Virus record (IMG/VR): IMGVR_UViG_3300005611_001848 | Location: 1-36,392 of that record | From: a virus | Taxonomy: Duplodnaviria > Caudoviricetes | DNA: 36,392 nucleotides | Direction: 5' to 3' (one strand) | Shown here: positions 24,743 through 33,928 of the stretch, in pieces | Layout of the letters: every line of letters starts with the position of its first letter | Position numbering within the stretch: the first letter of the stretch is position 1 | Translations under genes and position numbers: made by a program | The notes under the pieces: model-generated | What the model was told of the DNA's origin: nothing | Seen by the model: only the letters and a program-made list of their open reading frames with translations | The model's database searches: none

Positions 24743-25331
24743 TACTAGCAATCTTCTTAACAACTTTCTTTATAGTTGGTTTAATCACACGAAGTAAAAT
24801 ATCGGCAACTGGTTTAGCAAGAAGAGCAGAAGTTGTGGCAACTAAAGCAATTGCGGCTGTTGTAGTTGCTGCTTCTGGTGCTGGCAAATACTTTTCTTGC
24901 CAGGGTATTTCTGGTTCCGGTGGAGGAATTTCCTCAACAATTTCTACAGTGGCAGTCTGAGCAGGAGCAGGTTTTGGTATATCTTGTATAGGAATATCCT
25001 TTGGAGGTTCAGGTGCCTTATATGGTGGTATTGGTGCCTTTGGTGTTTGAATATGATCTTCGGCATTAAAATCTATCGGGTTATATGATGGAATACCCGC
25101 ATCACAAAATGTTTTTACACCTCTTTCATCATCAGATTTAATTTGATTATTTTTTGGATTATTAGTTTCATGTGCCTCAACACATCCAGGAATATCAACA
25201 ATTGGGAGACCAATCTCCAATACCACAGGTGGAGCAGAAGGTAAAGATAAAGATGCATCAGTTAACCATTTAGGAATTTCAGGTATGTCCAAAGACCTAA
25301 CCCGAATTTCAGGTATATTAATATTGGGCAT
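24633..25331 (-). CDS. Pro-rich protein with a C-terminal hydrophobic segment and basic tail
   Basis: 232 aa; PGCVEAH..CDAG.PSY, proline-rich linker, TAAIALVATTSALLA. Confidence 0.8.
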   Translation of the reverse strand: MPNINIPEIRVRSLDIPEIPKWLTDASLSLPSAPPVVLEIGLPIVDIPGCVEAHETNNPKNNQIKSDDERGVKTFCDAGIPSYNPIDFNAEDHIQTPKAPIPPYKAPEPPKDIPIQDIPKPAPAQTATVEIVEEIPPPEPEIPWQEKYLPAPEAATTTAAIALVATTSALLAKPVADILLRVIKPTIKKVVKKIASIRGKKLPVLSLSDRRVEQRDRNRAIRQLRSALKPKG

Positions 25332-25450
25332 TAGTCATCAAACACTTTAAATACAGATGTCCAAATAGAATGAAAAAATACATAAAGGGCAAATGTACTT
25401 GCTCCTTCTCTTTTAGTATTATTTCGGTTTGTTTTTTTCTTATATTTCAT
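25331..25450 (-). CDS. Small hypothetical protein (39 aa, MKYKKKTNRN...)
   Basis: Manual translation; fills the gap exactly, TAATG coupling. Confidence 0.5.
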   Translation of the reverse strand: MKYKKKTNRNNTKREGASTFALYVFFHSIWTSVFKVFDD

Positions 25451-25452
25451 AA

Positions 25453-25710
25453 TTAAAAAGGAATTGCTCCACCAGTAATATTAGGCGCATTACCAGGAAT
25501 TGCTCCACCAGTAACAGAAGGGATTTCTGGTATTTCTGGCATTAGTTTTTCAACAATACCAGGAATTGATTTTACAATTTCTTCAGTTGCTTTTTTTCTG
25601 GCATCTTCAATCATCACATCTTTATGCTTATATAACCAGAATCCTCCACCTACTGTGGCAGCACTAATAATGAAAGATGTTAGTGCCATGAAATTAAAAA
25701 CTGTTTGCAT
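25453..25710 (-). CDS. Small membrane protein with a duplicated TGGAIP motif
   Basis: N-terminal TM helix. Confidence 0.75.
   Translation of the reverse strand: MQTVFNFMALTSFIISAATVGGGFWLYKHKDVMIEDARKKATEEIVKSIPGIVEKLMPEIPEIPSVTGGAIPGNAPNITGGAIPF
25459..25514. repeat. 20-nt direct repeat, two copies 36 nt apart
   Basis: AGGAATTGCTCCACCAGTAA at 25459 and 25495. Confidence 0.85.
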
Positions 25711-25713
25711 TTT

Positions 25714-26175
25714 TTACTCCACTAAAGTTCCGTGCTGTCTACGTATTTCACGTAGTTCTTCAAAATCCTTTTTCTTTGTTCCTCCATCATATTCCCAGGC
25801 ATATCCTTCAGCAATCATTTGTTCGTTGAGGGACAGCTCCGAATCCCCGATGTATAACCAGCCAAGAAGACGACCATACTTCCCGACGCCACCAACAAGT
25901 TCAGTCCTAACAGACAACTCATCATCACCAGATACAGCACCTTCCAATTTCTCTTTAAGCCAATTTGTTGCGTCATAACCAAGTGCCTTCTCCTCAAGAT
26001 CTCGGGTTCTCTTCTCCGGAGTATCCACTCCTGCGACTCTGACTCTTTCTTTTTTATAAAGATCGAATCCAAGATCGATAGTAACATCAATCGTGTCTCC
26101 ATCAAGAACCCGATTAATCTCTATGACTCGAAAGTTGTAACATGACTTCCGACTGGGGGGAACCATAGCGCCCAT
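25714..26175 (-). CDS. Staphylococcal-nuclease (thermonuclease)-like endonuclease
   Basis: RVLDGDTI, RVAGVDTPE, GKYGRLLG and LNEQMIAEGYA motifs. Confidence 0.92.
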   Translation of the reverse strand: MGAMVPPSRKSCYNFRVIEINRVLDGDTIDVTIDLGFDLYKKERVRVAGVDTPEKRTRDLEEKALGYDATNWLKEKLEGAVSGDDELSVRTELVGGVGKYGRLLGWLYIGDSELSLNEQMIAEGYAWEYDGGTKKKDFEELREIRRQHGTLVE

Positions 26176-26437
26176 TTTTTACCTCCTTTGCATTTGCCGC
26201 AATACCCGCGATGACAATCACTGCTGCGATGACTGCTCCCGCACCCCATACCCATTTTTCAAGAAGACGAACTCTAGATTTAAGTTCATCAATACTTTTT
26301 TCAAGACGGTCATAGTCATCTTTTCGAGTCATTCTCTCTTCGAGACTCATGACTCGTTCTCTCATACTACCAAAATAATTTTCTAGGACAGCGATTTGCT
26401 TATCCTGTTCAGCATCCTTACTTGTCAGGTCGCTCAT
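26114..26437 (-). CDS. Coiled-coil protein with a C-terminal TM helix
   Basis: Heptad pattern followed by WVWGAGAVIAAVIVIAGIAA. Confidence 0.75.
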   Translation of the reverse strand: MSDLTSKDAEQDKQIAVLENYFGSMRERVMSLEERMTRKDDYDRLEKSIDELKSRVRLLEKWVWGAGAVIAAVIVIAGIAANAKEVKNGRYGSPQSEVMLQLSSHRD

Positions 26438-26573
26438 CGTTCAATTCATCGAAAGCTATACGCATTATATAGACAATATAATATGAAACTCCCACTAATA
26501 ATATTAAAATAGAAATAATAACACTCCAAACAGGATCATTTACATTCTCATGTGTACGAAGAATTAAATTCAT
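26418..26573 (-). CDS. Small membrane protein (51 aa, MNLILRTHENVNDPVWSVIISIL...)
   Basis: Manual translation; one TM helix; below the track cutoff. Confidence 0.65.
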   Translation of the reverse strand: MNLILRTHENVNDPVWSVIISILILLVGVSYYIVYIMRIAFDELNDERPDK

Positions 26574-26575
26574 AA

Positions 26576-26722
26576 TTATTTGTTTTTATTAAATGGTTCC
26601 CAATGCTGCCAATTATATTTGTGTATTGCCCACATTCCAATTACAGGAACAAATATTAGAAAAAAACCCATAAGACCTAATGTCCATGGCGTTTCCATTG
26701 TGTACCTTACAAATAAAATCAT
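26576..26722 (-). CDS. Small membrane protein (48 aa, ...IHKYNWQHWEPF)
   Basis: Manual translation; ATGA overlap with the zwf stop; one TM helix. Confidence 0.65.
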   Translation of the reverse strand: MILFVRYTMETPWTLGLMGFFLIFVPVIGMWAIHKYNWQHWEPFNKNK

Positions 26723-28056
26723 TCTGGATAGTCCCATTTAGTGATTTGATCTGTCTTGTGCCAAGGACCCCAAGTCCCCTCTTTGTAAATATAGGGTGCA
26801 GTTCTTATTCTACAAGAATCACCTGTACATAATAAATCATCAACAATTCTCCAAGATTCTAACACTTCTTCAGAATGAACAAAGTGTGATTGATCACCAT
26901 TAATTGCATCAAAAAAAAGTTTTTCGTATCCATCCACACCCAACCAATCTGGATAACGATGAGTTAATGTAGCTGGTTCAGTATTATCATTAAGTCCTGG
27001 AGACTTCATATCAATACGAATATCAAGGTGAGCACAAGGTTGTAATCTAATTACAATACGATCACTAGTTTCTTCACCAAAATAACTAAGTGGTGGAGAC
27101 TTAAGTTTAATGATAACTTCAACACACTGATAAGGCATTTTCTTGCCAGTCATAAAACGAAAAGGAACTCCTTTCCAACGCCAGTTATCGATGAAAAGAG
27201 AACCGGCACAATAGGTAGGAGTGGAACTGTTAGAATCAACACCCTCTTCACTGCGGTAACTTTCATATTGTCCACAGATTAAATCCTCCCCTAAACGAGT
27301 GGCAGAAAGTACTTTTGTTTTTTCTCTACGAATCTCAACAGCATTCATACGACAAGGTGCTTCCATTGCTATCAATGCAAGAACCTGAAGCATATGATTT
27401 TGTAACATATCTCTCACGACACCAGCAGTCTCATAATATTGAGATCGTCCCTCACAACCAATTGTTTCAGTTGCGAAAATCTGAACCTCTTCTATGTACT
27501 CCCGGTTCCAAAGTGGTTCCAATAGAATATTGCCAAAACGGGTGGTAAGGATGTTATTAACAGTATCTTTGCCGAGATAATGATCAATGCGGTATACTTG
27601 TTTTTCGCGTAAATACCTGCCCACCACTGACTGTAAATGATTAGCAGATTTATAATCGTACCCAAAGGGTTTTTCAATAACCACACGCGATGTTTCTGGG
27701 TCATCTAAAAGTCCTGCCTGTTTGAGATTAACAATGGCAGATTCATACCTTTCTGGTGGAACAGACAAAAAGTATGTTGTATCATCTGCTTCTGGTAGTT
27801 TTTCTAATGTAGATTGAGAAGTTAAATCTGTAGATACCCATTTCAATCTTTCTTTAAAATCTTTAGGGTAATCACCTAACATCCATAACCAATCGTCTCT
27901 ACTCATTTCCCTACGGGAAGTTCCAACGATTTTGAGATTATTTGGTAATAACTTTTTCTCATGCAGTTTGAAAAGAGATGGAATAAGTTTTCTCTTACAC
28001 AAATCTCCGGTAGCACCAAAGATTACAATTTGATTAGTGAGCGGTTCCATTTCCAT
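26719..28056 (-). CDS. zwf: Glucose-6-phosphate dehydrogenase
   Basis: IFGATGDL, EKPFG, RIDHYLGK and RDMLQNH motifs; start revised to 28056/28050. Confidence 0.97.
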   Translation of the reverse strand: MEMEPLTNQIVIFGATGDLCKRKLIPSLFKLHEKKLLPNNLKIVGTSRREMSRDDWLWMLGDYPKDFKERLKWVSTDLTSQSTLEKLPEADDTTYFLSVPPERYESAIVNLKQAGLLDDPETSRVVIEKPFGYDYKSANHLQSVVGRYLREKQVYRIDHYLGKDTVNNILTTRFGNILLEPLWNREYIEEVQIFATETIGCEGRSQYYETAGVVRDMLQNHMLQVLALIAMEAPCRMNAVEIRREKTKVLSATRLGEDLICGQYESYRSEEGVDSNSSTPTYCAGSLFIDNWRWKGVPFRFMTGKKMPYQCVEVIIKLKSPPLSYFGEETSDRIVIRLQPCAHLDIRIDMKSPGLNDNTEPATLTHRYPDWLGVDGYEKLFFDAINGDQSHFVHSEEVLESWRIVDDLLCTGDSCRIRTAPYIYKEGTWGPWHKTDQITKWDYPE

Positions 28057-28162
28057 TGTAGTCTTCTGAGTCGTAGTAATTATTTTCACCCTTTCGTAAC
28101 CCGAAATATATTGTGGATAATACAAAGGGTATCGAGATCCATAGTAAGACATCAGCGAACAT
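28034..28162 (-). CDS. ndhP: NDH-1 subunit P-like peptide (42 aa)
   Basis: MFADVLLWISIPFVLSTIYFGLRKGENNYYDSEDYNGNGTAH: TM helix plus the FG...YD...Y.GNG.AH C-terminus characteristic of NdhP. Confidence 0.8.
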   Translation of the reverse strand: MFADVLLWISIPFVLSTIYFGLRKGENNYYDSEDYNGNGTAH

Positions 28163-29207
28163 GGTGACCTCCAAACATATACCTCATACCATTCAATATT
28201 TTATTGGCAAATTCACCTAATCGTCTTGAGTTAAATCTTTCGTAAAGCGCACTGCTAATAACAGGAACGGGTACACCAAGATCCACAGCGGCGTTAACAG
28301 TCCAACGACCTTCACCACTATCGGAAACCCCCCCATCGAATTTTCCAAGCTTAGGATCACTGCGAAGTACATTCGCAGTAAGATCCAATAACCAAGACCC
28401 AACCACACTACCACGACGCCATAACTCAGCCACCTCAGCAACATCAATATCGTATTGATAATTTTCTGGGTCTGACATAGGAGCGACTTCAGCATCGCCT
28501 TCATGAATATAATTCGATCCCAAATTTGCATTTTTAAGAATATTGAATCCTTCTGCGTATGCTTGCATGATTCCATATTCAACTCCGTTATGAACCATTT
28601 TTACAAAGTGACCTGCGCCAGGTCCCCCACAGTGTAACCAACCGTACTCAGCAGATGTTGCGCGAGTGTATGGATCTGTGCGGGTTGCAGCGGTAATGCC
28701 GGGTGCAAGTGCCCTGAAAATGGGGGTGCATACAGATACTGCTGTATTTGCACCACCAACCATAAGACAGTATCCACGCTCCAGACCATAAACTCCACCA
28801 CTAGTACCACAGTCAATATATTGGATGCCCAACTTTTCCAACCTTTCTGCTCTCCTGCGAGAATCCTTAAAGTTGCTATTGCCATGATCAATAACAATAT
28901 CCCCGTCGCTAAGAAATGGTAATAACTCATTTAATGTTCCCTCCACATTTTCTGCTGGTACAACCATCATAAAGATTCCCGGAACATAAGTTTTCTTACC
29001 ACCAGTAAGAAAAACCGAATCCCCACTCTTTACTACTTGAACAAGGCTTTCAATAGAAGTTGTAACTCCGTCCACATATCCGTTTTCATATGCTTCTTGT
29101 GCCTTTTCATAGTTTCTCCTATAACCCCATACTTCAATTTCTTCTTTCATCATGCGACGAGACATACCCTCGCCCATTCTGCCGAGTCCGATAATTCCTA
29201 CTTTCAT
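28152..29207 (-). CDS. gnd: 6-phosphogluconate dehydrogenase (short form)
   Basis: GLGRMG, DCGTSGG, GHFVKMVHNGVEYG and DSGEGRWT motifs. Confidence 0.97.
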   Translation of the reverse strand: MKVGIIGLGRMGEGMSRRMMKEEIEVWGYRRNYEKAQEAYENGYVDGVTTSIESLVQVVKSGDSVFLTGGKKTYVPGIFMMVVPAENVEGTLNELLPFLSDGDIVIDHGNSNFKDSRRRAERLEKLGIQYIDCGTSGGVYGLERGYCLMVGGANTAVSVCTPIFRALAPGITAATRTDPYTRATSAEYGWLHCGGPGAGHFVKMVHNGVEYGIMQAYAEGFNILKNANLGSNYIHEGDAEVAPMSDPENYQYDIDVAEVAELWRRGSVVGSWLLDLTANVLRSDPKLGKFDGGVSDSGEGRWTVNAAVDLGVPVPVISSALYERFNSRRLGEFANKILNGMRYMFGGHHVR

Positions 29208-29307
29208 AATCTATCTACTTATTTTGAGAAGTGCAAAAAAGAACTTCATATTTGCTAATTCGACTACATTATCTAGTTATTTTTTACTAGTATCCTAATA
29301 CAAAATG

Positions 29308-29961
29308 TTAGCATCCACTAACTTCTTTTGCTATTTCTCCGCCAATATCACCACCAACATTCTGACCCAACATCACTGCCCAACCTGCTGCTAACCAACC
29401 AACATAAGGAATAGCAGTTAGTGCAGGAGCAATACCAGCAGTCATACTAGAGCCTACCATTGCACCGGTACTTTGTCCAGAACCTTCCGCCTTGATGCAC
29501 GCTAATTTTTCGGCACTTAACTTTCCCTCTTTTGATTTTTCACCCCCCTGAAGATTTTTATATCCTTCCATTGTATATTCATGTGTAGTATATTCACTAC
29601 GAACTTCACTTCCTTCAGAAGTTTTACCAAACCATCCCTTTTCTTTATGATCCTTATCAAGACTTAAACTCTTAGTGGTTGTAAGAGTTTTAGGATCATT
29701 TGCATTATATCTTAACTTATATCCTTCTTTATCAACCTTTACATCATAAGATGAATATTCTCCTGTAGGAAGATTAATATTGGGGTATTGAGGTTTATCA
29801 GCATACTTTTCGGTAATCTTCATCATATGTCCAAGTATACCAATATGTGCAACTGCAACTATACCCCCAACACCAAGTAGAACCCACTTAAATGGGTTCA
29901 CAGATGGTTTGGGGGTTTGTTTTTCTTGATTATCTTGCATGTGATGTGGAGTCCAAGTCAT
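29308..29961 (-). CDS. Membrane protein with a C-terminal glycine zipper
   Basis: N-terminal TM; GAMVG...GWLAAG...GQNVGGDIG GxxxG repeats. Confidence 0.8.
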   Translation of the reverse strand: MTWTPHHMQDNQEKQTPKPSVNPFKWVLLGVGGIVAVAHIGILGHMMKITEKYADKPQYPNINLPTGEYSSYDVKVDKEGYKLRYNANDPKTLTTTKSLSLDKDHKEKGWFGKTSEGSEVRSEYTTHEYTMEGYKNLQGGEKSKEGKLSAEKLACIKAEGSGQSTGAMVGSSMTAGIAPALTAIPYVGWLAAGWAVMLGQNVGGDIGGEIAKEVSGC

Positions 29962-29973
29962 GATTCATTGACC

Positions 29974-30261
29974 TCATTCTACTTTTTCTTTTTTATCTTC
30001 AGATTTTTTTGATTCTTCATCTTTTTTCTTAGCGGGTTGAACCCCAAAAGTAGCTAATGTTCCGGTAAATACGCTGGCTATAAAAGTCGGATCTATGTTT
30101 TTTTGAGGAATACCAGGAACAGTTACATAATTAAGAGTCAGAATTGCTGCTGACCAACTTAATATAACAACTCTCACTAAGGTAGAAACACCCTCATCAG
30201 CCCACTCAAACTTATCCTTTTTGGTTTCCTCTTTTTTTGTAGGCAGTTTTGAATCTGTCAT
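29974..30261 (-). CDS. Two-TM small membrane protein with charged termini
   Basis: Two hydrophobic segments; Lys/Glu-rich ends. Confidence 0.8.
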   Translation of the reverse strand: MTDSKLPTKKEETKKDKFEWADEGVSTLVRVVILSWSAAILTLNYVTVPGIPQKNIDPTFIASVFTGTLATFGVQPAKKKDEESKKSEDKKEKVE

Positions 30262-30283
30262 TTAAAAGAGGCACAAGGCTCTT

Positions 30284-30952
30284 TTATTTATTAATAAATC
30301 CCTTGTCAACAAGATACTTTCTAGTTAGTGGAGTTGGTTCATAAACCTCCCACATTCTACCTCTTGCACAAGCAGAAAGGGCAGCAGCAGTCATACCTTC
30401 CGTTTTACCTGCCCATGTTGCTTCTGCTTCCCATGGTACTGCTGACTTGGGATATGTGCGTTCTGCCATATTACGCCAAAACTTAGGAACCTCTTCTTCG
30501 GGTTTAATGACGGCAATAAAACTATTATTAATAGTTCCTGCCATACAATCCTGTGCAGCGTGCCATCCCTCATGACGCATCACACTCATAAGAACATGTG
30601 GACGATGCATGAATGCCTTATTAAGGAAGAAATTATTTCCTACAGTATGATAAACACCACGATGTCCAACAGGAAAATATTTTTGATCTGCTAGAAACAC
30701 ATTAACTCTGACTTGTTCCAAAGAAACAAGCATTCTGTGGAATTCACTAGTAATAGAATCATAACTACTATTGGGATAAGCATCAGCAATAGTAGCAATA
30801 CTTTCGACTTTGTGAACATCTTTAGTGCATTCTCTAAGAAGCATACATCCCATTGAATGCATGGTATTAAAATCTTTATCTTGTAATGGATCTGAATGAG
30901 AAGGAAGAACAATTGCTACAGTAGCAATCAAAGATGCAATAATTTTTTTCAT
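30284..30952 (-). CDS. Exported putative zinc metallopeptidase
   Basis: Signal peptide; RHEGWHAAQ (HEXXH) with a downstream WEAEA. Confidence 0.7.
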   Translation of the reverse strand: MKKIIASLIATVAIVLPSHSDPLQDKDFNTMHSMGCMLLRECTKDVHKVESIATIADAYPNSSYDSITSEFHRMLVSLEQVRVNVFLADQKYFPVGHRGVYHTVGNNFFLNKAFMHRPHVLMSVMRHEGWHAAQDCMAGTINNSFIAVIKPEEEVPKFWRNMAERTYPKSAVPWEAEATWAGKTEGMTAAALSACARGRMWEVYEPTPLTRKYLVDKGFINK

Positions 30953-31158
30953 GAATAATATGCCTTGTAATAACTAATAATACCAGCAGTGCTTACATTA
31001 CCTTGTGAAACCCAATCATGAGCACATTCATACATTGATTGAGTTGTATATTTTGGAATAACTCCTTCCATTTGTCCACCATATTTAGCAAGAAGAACTT
31101 TTAATGATTGTTCACGGAGAGCAAGTTTTTCTTCACTATATCGCCAATCTTCATTCAT
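30949..31158 (-). CDS. Hypothetical protein
   Basis: Start revised to the ATGA overlap at 31158 (MNEDWRY...). Confidence 0.7.
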   Translation of the reverse strand: MNEDWRYSEEKLALREQSLKVLLAKYGGQMEGVIPKYTTQSMYECAHDWVSQGNVSTAGIISYYKAYYS

Positions 31159-31595
31159 AAGAATTGCTCCCGTCCATTTCCAGAACTCCAACCACCAGGA
31201 CCTTCATGAAAGTTTTCAGATCCTCCAGGAGGATTTAAATGTAGAGTAGTGTTTTGATTTTGTGTCACGATTTCATACATTTTTTGGTGAATATCATCAG
31301 GTTCAACAGAAAAATTTTCTTCTCGTTCCTGACGTTTCATTTCTATCTCTTGTTCCATATAATCAAGTTGCTTTTCTGTTTTCACAGGAGCAGGTCCAAA
31401 CCATTCATCATCTTCAAGATATACAGGTGCCGGAATACCGGTATATGATCCATATCCTTGAGTAAAATGTCCTGACTCACATTCAACTAATGGTGCTTCT
31501 AATTCAATATTTTCTATTACTTCTGGCCAGTTAACACTAGTTGCCTGTTTTCTACTAAAAATACCGATTGTCTCTTTAAGTTTTTGAATAATCAT
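31155..31595 (-). CDS. Acidic hypothetical protein
   Basis: 146-aa ORF coupled at both ends. Confidence 0.75.
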   Translation of the reverse strand: MIIQKLKETIGIFSRKQATSVNWPEVIENIELEAPLVECESGHFTQGYGSYTGIPAPVYLEDDEWFGPAPVKTEKQLDYMEQEIEMKRQEREENFSVEPDDIHQKMYEIVTQNQNTTLHLNPPGGSENFHEGPGGWSSGNGREQFL

Positions 31596-31987
31596 TGCCA
31601 GTGATAGTGATAGAAATTTCCTTTAGAGTGACACATGGGATCTTGAGATGGTACTCTATATCCCAACATAGATTGTCCTTTGAAATCTGTTCTTCCATTT
31701 AGAATCTTTGACCAATGGGCAATACTTTTATTACCACTAGGAGAACTTAGTTTGTTAATCAATCTAGGATCTGGAACTATATAGGAATTATAATTTAATC
31801 CTTGATACTGACCTGGAGCAAATACTACTCCAGAAATCGTATTGGGAAACTTATCAGAAAGTACACGATTTAGTACAGAAGCAGCAACACAATATTCATC
31901 TGCAGAATTTGGATGTGCTTCTACCTGAACAACTGTTGCCAGGTTTTGATAATCAACAAGTGTAAGTGAGGCAAGAAGTTCTAACAT
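31592..31987 (-). CDS. SleB/Hydrolase_2-family cell-wall hydrolase
   Basis: LA.VV..EA, VAASVLNRV...FPNTI.GVV..PGQY motif. Confidence 0.85.
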   Translation of the reverse strand: MLELLASLTLVDYQNLATVVQVEAHPNSADEYCVAASVLNRVLSDKFPNTISGVVFAPGQYQGLNYNSYIVPDPRLINKLSSPSGNKSIAHWSKILNGRTDFKGQSMLGYRVPSQDPMCHSKGNFYHYHWQ

Positions 31988-31990
31988 AAA

Positions 31991-32191
31991 TTAATCATCT
32001 CCAAGATATTCTAGTGAAAAAATTTCGTGATCATTAATATTTGGATTTAACCATTCGGCAAACTCACATTGAATTGCATAAGCATCTTCAATTGATTTTA
32101 GCACATCATCAGTCTCGGTTTCACAGAGAGTGTGCAGTCTATCAACTGCCCAATCATGAGTCGTTTTCAGGGTGTCTTCCAAAGTTACCAT
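31991..32191 (-). CDS. Hypothetical protein
   Basis: Likely start at ATG 32191 (MVTLEDTLK). Confidence 0.7.
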   Translation of the reverse strand: MVTLEDTLKTTHDWAVDRLHTLCETETDDVLKSIEDAYAIQCEFAEWLNPNINDHEIFSLEYLGDD

Positions 32192-32606
32192 AATCTTTCC
32201 GCATGTAGCGTCCGAGAATATTGCTATTATAGTACGCCGGGACACCGTTGTCAAGGGATTCACTCAGAACATTATTTAAAAATAATTGCTTCGTTTCTTC
32301 ATAATTACATGTTCCCTTTGTTTTATGAAGACTCAGTATTTCTCTACTGAAGTTCTCCTTACCATACTTTTTAACATCTTCCTTTAACTCTGGACAAGAA
32401 CCATAATACTTCTTCCAATCTGATTCTATTTTTACTTTTCTTTTTTTTCCTACCGGCGTTCTAAACGCCCAAAAGTACTTTCTCCCAATGTACTGTCGTT
32501 TGTTGGACTTATTGGTAATGAGATACACAAAGCCAAAAAAGTCCCGAACATCATCCCCAGTAAAAGGTCTGTCCAAATATATCCATGGGTTTTCATATGA
32601 ATCCAT
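32154..32606 (-). CDS. GIY-YIG-family endonuclease
   Basis: GFVYLITN...YIGRK, YYGS, REIL..E and YYN motifs. Confidence 0.85.
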   Translation of the reverse strand: MDSYENPWIYLDRPFTGDDVRDFFGFVYLITNKSNKRQYIGRKYFWAFRTPVGKKRKVKIESDWKKYYGSCPELKEDVKKYGKENFSREILSLHKTKGTCNYEETKQLFLNNVLSESLDNGVPAYYNSNILGRYMRKDYGNFGRHPENDS

Positions 32607-32655
32607 TCATATTGTTTAAGCTGTTATTATATATCCATCAACCCTAACAAAGGTA

Positions 32656-32690
32656 TTCTAATAAAAAAGAGGGTTGTTGTCAACCCCCCT
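32656..32690 (-). terminator. Intrinsic terminator with an embedded sigma70 promoter
   Basis: AGGGGGGTTG-acaa-CAACCCTCT plus T6; the same bases read TTGACA-N17-TAGAAT. Confidence 0.8.
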
Positions 32691-32702
32691 TGAAGAATTA
32701 TG

Positions 32703-33788
32703 TCAGTCTTTCGGCATCTTTGCCCCAGACTTATGTCTGGTTGTGCCTGCCGAGTCAACATAAGTTTCTCTCTCCTTTCTAGGAGATACATAACCGACAC
32801 CAGGAACTACACCAGTCTTACCGGCAGCTCTGGCAGCATTTCTATCTGCTGCTCTTTGTGCTGCTCTTTTACGATTGCGATCATAAGAACTCATTGCTTC
32901 ATCAACCTGATTATCAGATTCCAATATAGCAGCAATTTCTTTCTCAGAGAACAATCCAGTCGCTTCTAATTCTTCTTTCTTAAGATTTGCCTTACGATAC
33001 TCAAGATCGGCACGGGTGCCTTTATCCATTTTACCCTGAGACTTAGGCTTGGTCTTACCACCTACATCAGGTTGCATTCCAGGGTTTGCTGCCTTTACTC
33101 TACGTCCATGAGTGTATTCAGCACCACTCATCTTAGAGTCACCAGAGACCATCTTACCACCTTGAGAACGAGAATCAGCATACTGTTTGTCAGTCTGACC
33201 GTGCTTACCCTTGTAGAGTTCTTCTACATTCTCTTCACTCATACGCTTCACGACCTTCTCTGCCTGACGCTTAATGAATCCTTTGATGCCTTTCTTTGCC
33301 TTATCCCTTGCCTTACCAGGAGCACTCTTAACGGCATCTGCTGCCTTAGTGGCACTGTGTGCTGCCTTTCTACCTGCTCTTCCCATCTCGTCCTTGGCGA
33401 TAGTACCAGCAATCTCAACACCTGCCTTGGCAGCCTTGGCAGTTCCAACTGCTCTGTCAGCAGCACCCTTGACGGCATCTCCTGCCTTCTTCATGGCGTC
33501 TCCTGCCTTCCTCATGGCAAACCTTCTTCGGGCACCCACAGGAGCACCAGACGCTCTTTTTGCTTGGGTATCATGTCCGAAAGTTACCTTTGCTTCATCA
33601 ATATAATCATTAGCAGCATCCTCAATCATTAAGACTGCATCTTCCTCAGAATAACCTTCCTCAATGAGTTCATCAATTAATTCATCACAAATATCATCAA
33701 ACAGTTCTTCATTGAGGTCTTCTGTTGGTTCGTAAAATTCTTCACAGACTTTTTTGAAGTCATGAAATTGTTTTTGAGACAGGGACAT
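32703..33788 (-). CDS. Late protein with alternating acidic and basic modules (possible internal head protein)
   Basis: Acidic N-terminus, Lys/Ala-rich blocks, TATAAATA promoter upstream. Confidence 0.8.
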   Translation of the reverse strand: MSLSQKQFHDFKKVCEEFYEPTEDLNEELFDDICDELIDELIEEGYSEEDAVLMIEDAANDYIDEAKVTFGHDTQAKRASGAPVGARRRFAMRKAGDAMKKAGDAVKGAADRAVGTAKAAKAGVEIAGTIAKDEMGRAGRKAAHSATKAADAVKSAPGKARDKAKKGIKGFIKRQAEKVVKRMSEENVEELYKGKHGQTDKQYADSRSQGGKMVSGDSKMSGAEYTHGRRVKAANPGMQPDVGGKTKPKSQGKMDKGTRADLEYRKANLKKEELEATGLFSEKEIAAILESDNQVDEAMSSYDRNRKRAAQRAADRNAARAAGKTGVVPGVGYVSPRKERETYVDSAGTTRHKSGAKMPKD

Positions 33789-33816
33789 TGTTCTTTATAT
33801 TATATCCATATACGAA

Positions 33817-33851
33817 TATTTATAAAAAAAAGAGGGACTACTCGTCCCCCT
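33817..33851 (-). promoter_or_regulatory. Terminator after nrdB followed by a T4-type late promoter
   Basis: AGGGGGAC-gagta-GTCCCTCT plus a T-tract running into TATAAATA (33817-33824). Confidence 0.8.
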
Positions 33852-33928
33852 TGTATGCTTGATATCCATCATACTCACCGAACATATAAGAATCAGACAA
33901 TGCTGCCTCTCTATATGATCTCATACTA

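Noticed and set aside
28057-28152. 32-aa N-terminal extension of Zwf in the ORF track
   Set aside because: Better explained by the overlapping ndhP-like frame; the G6PD fold begins just after MEPL.
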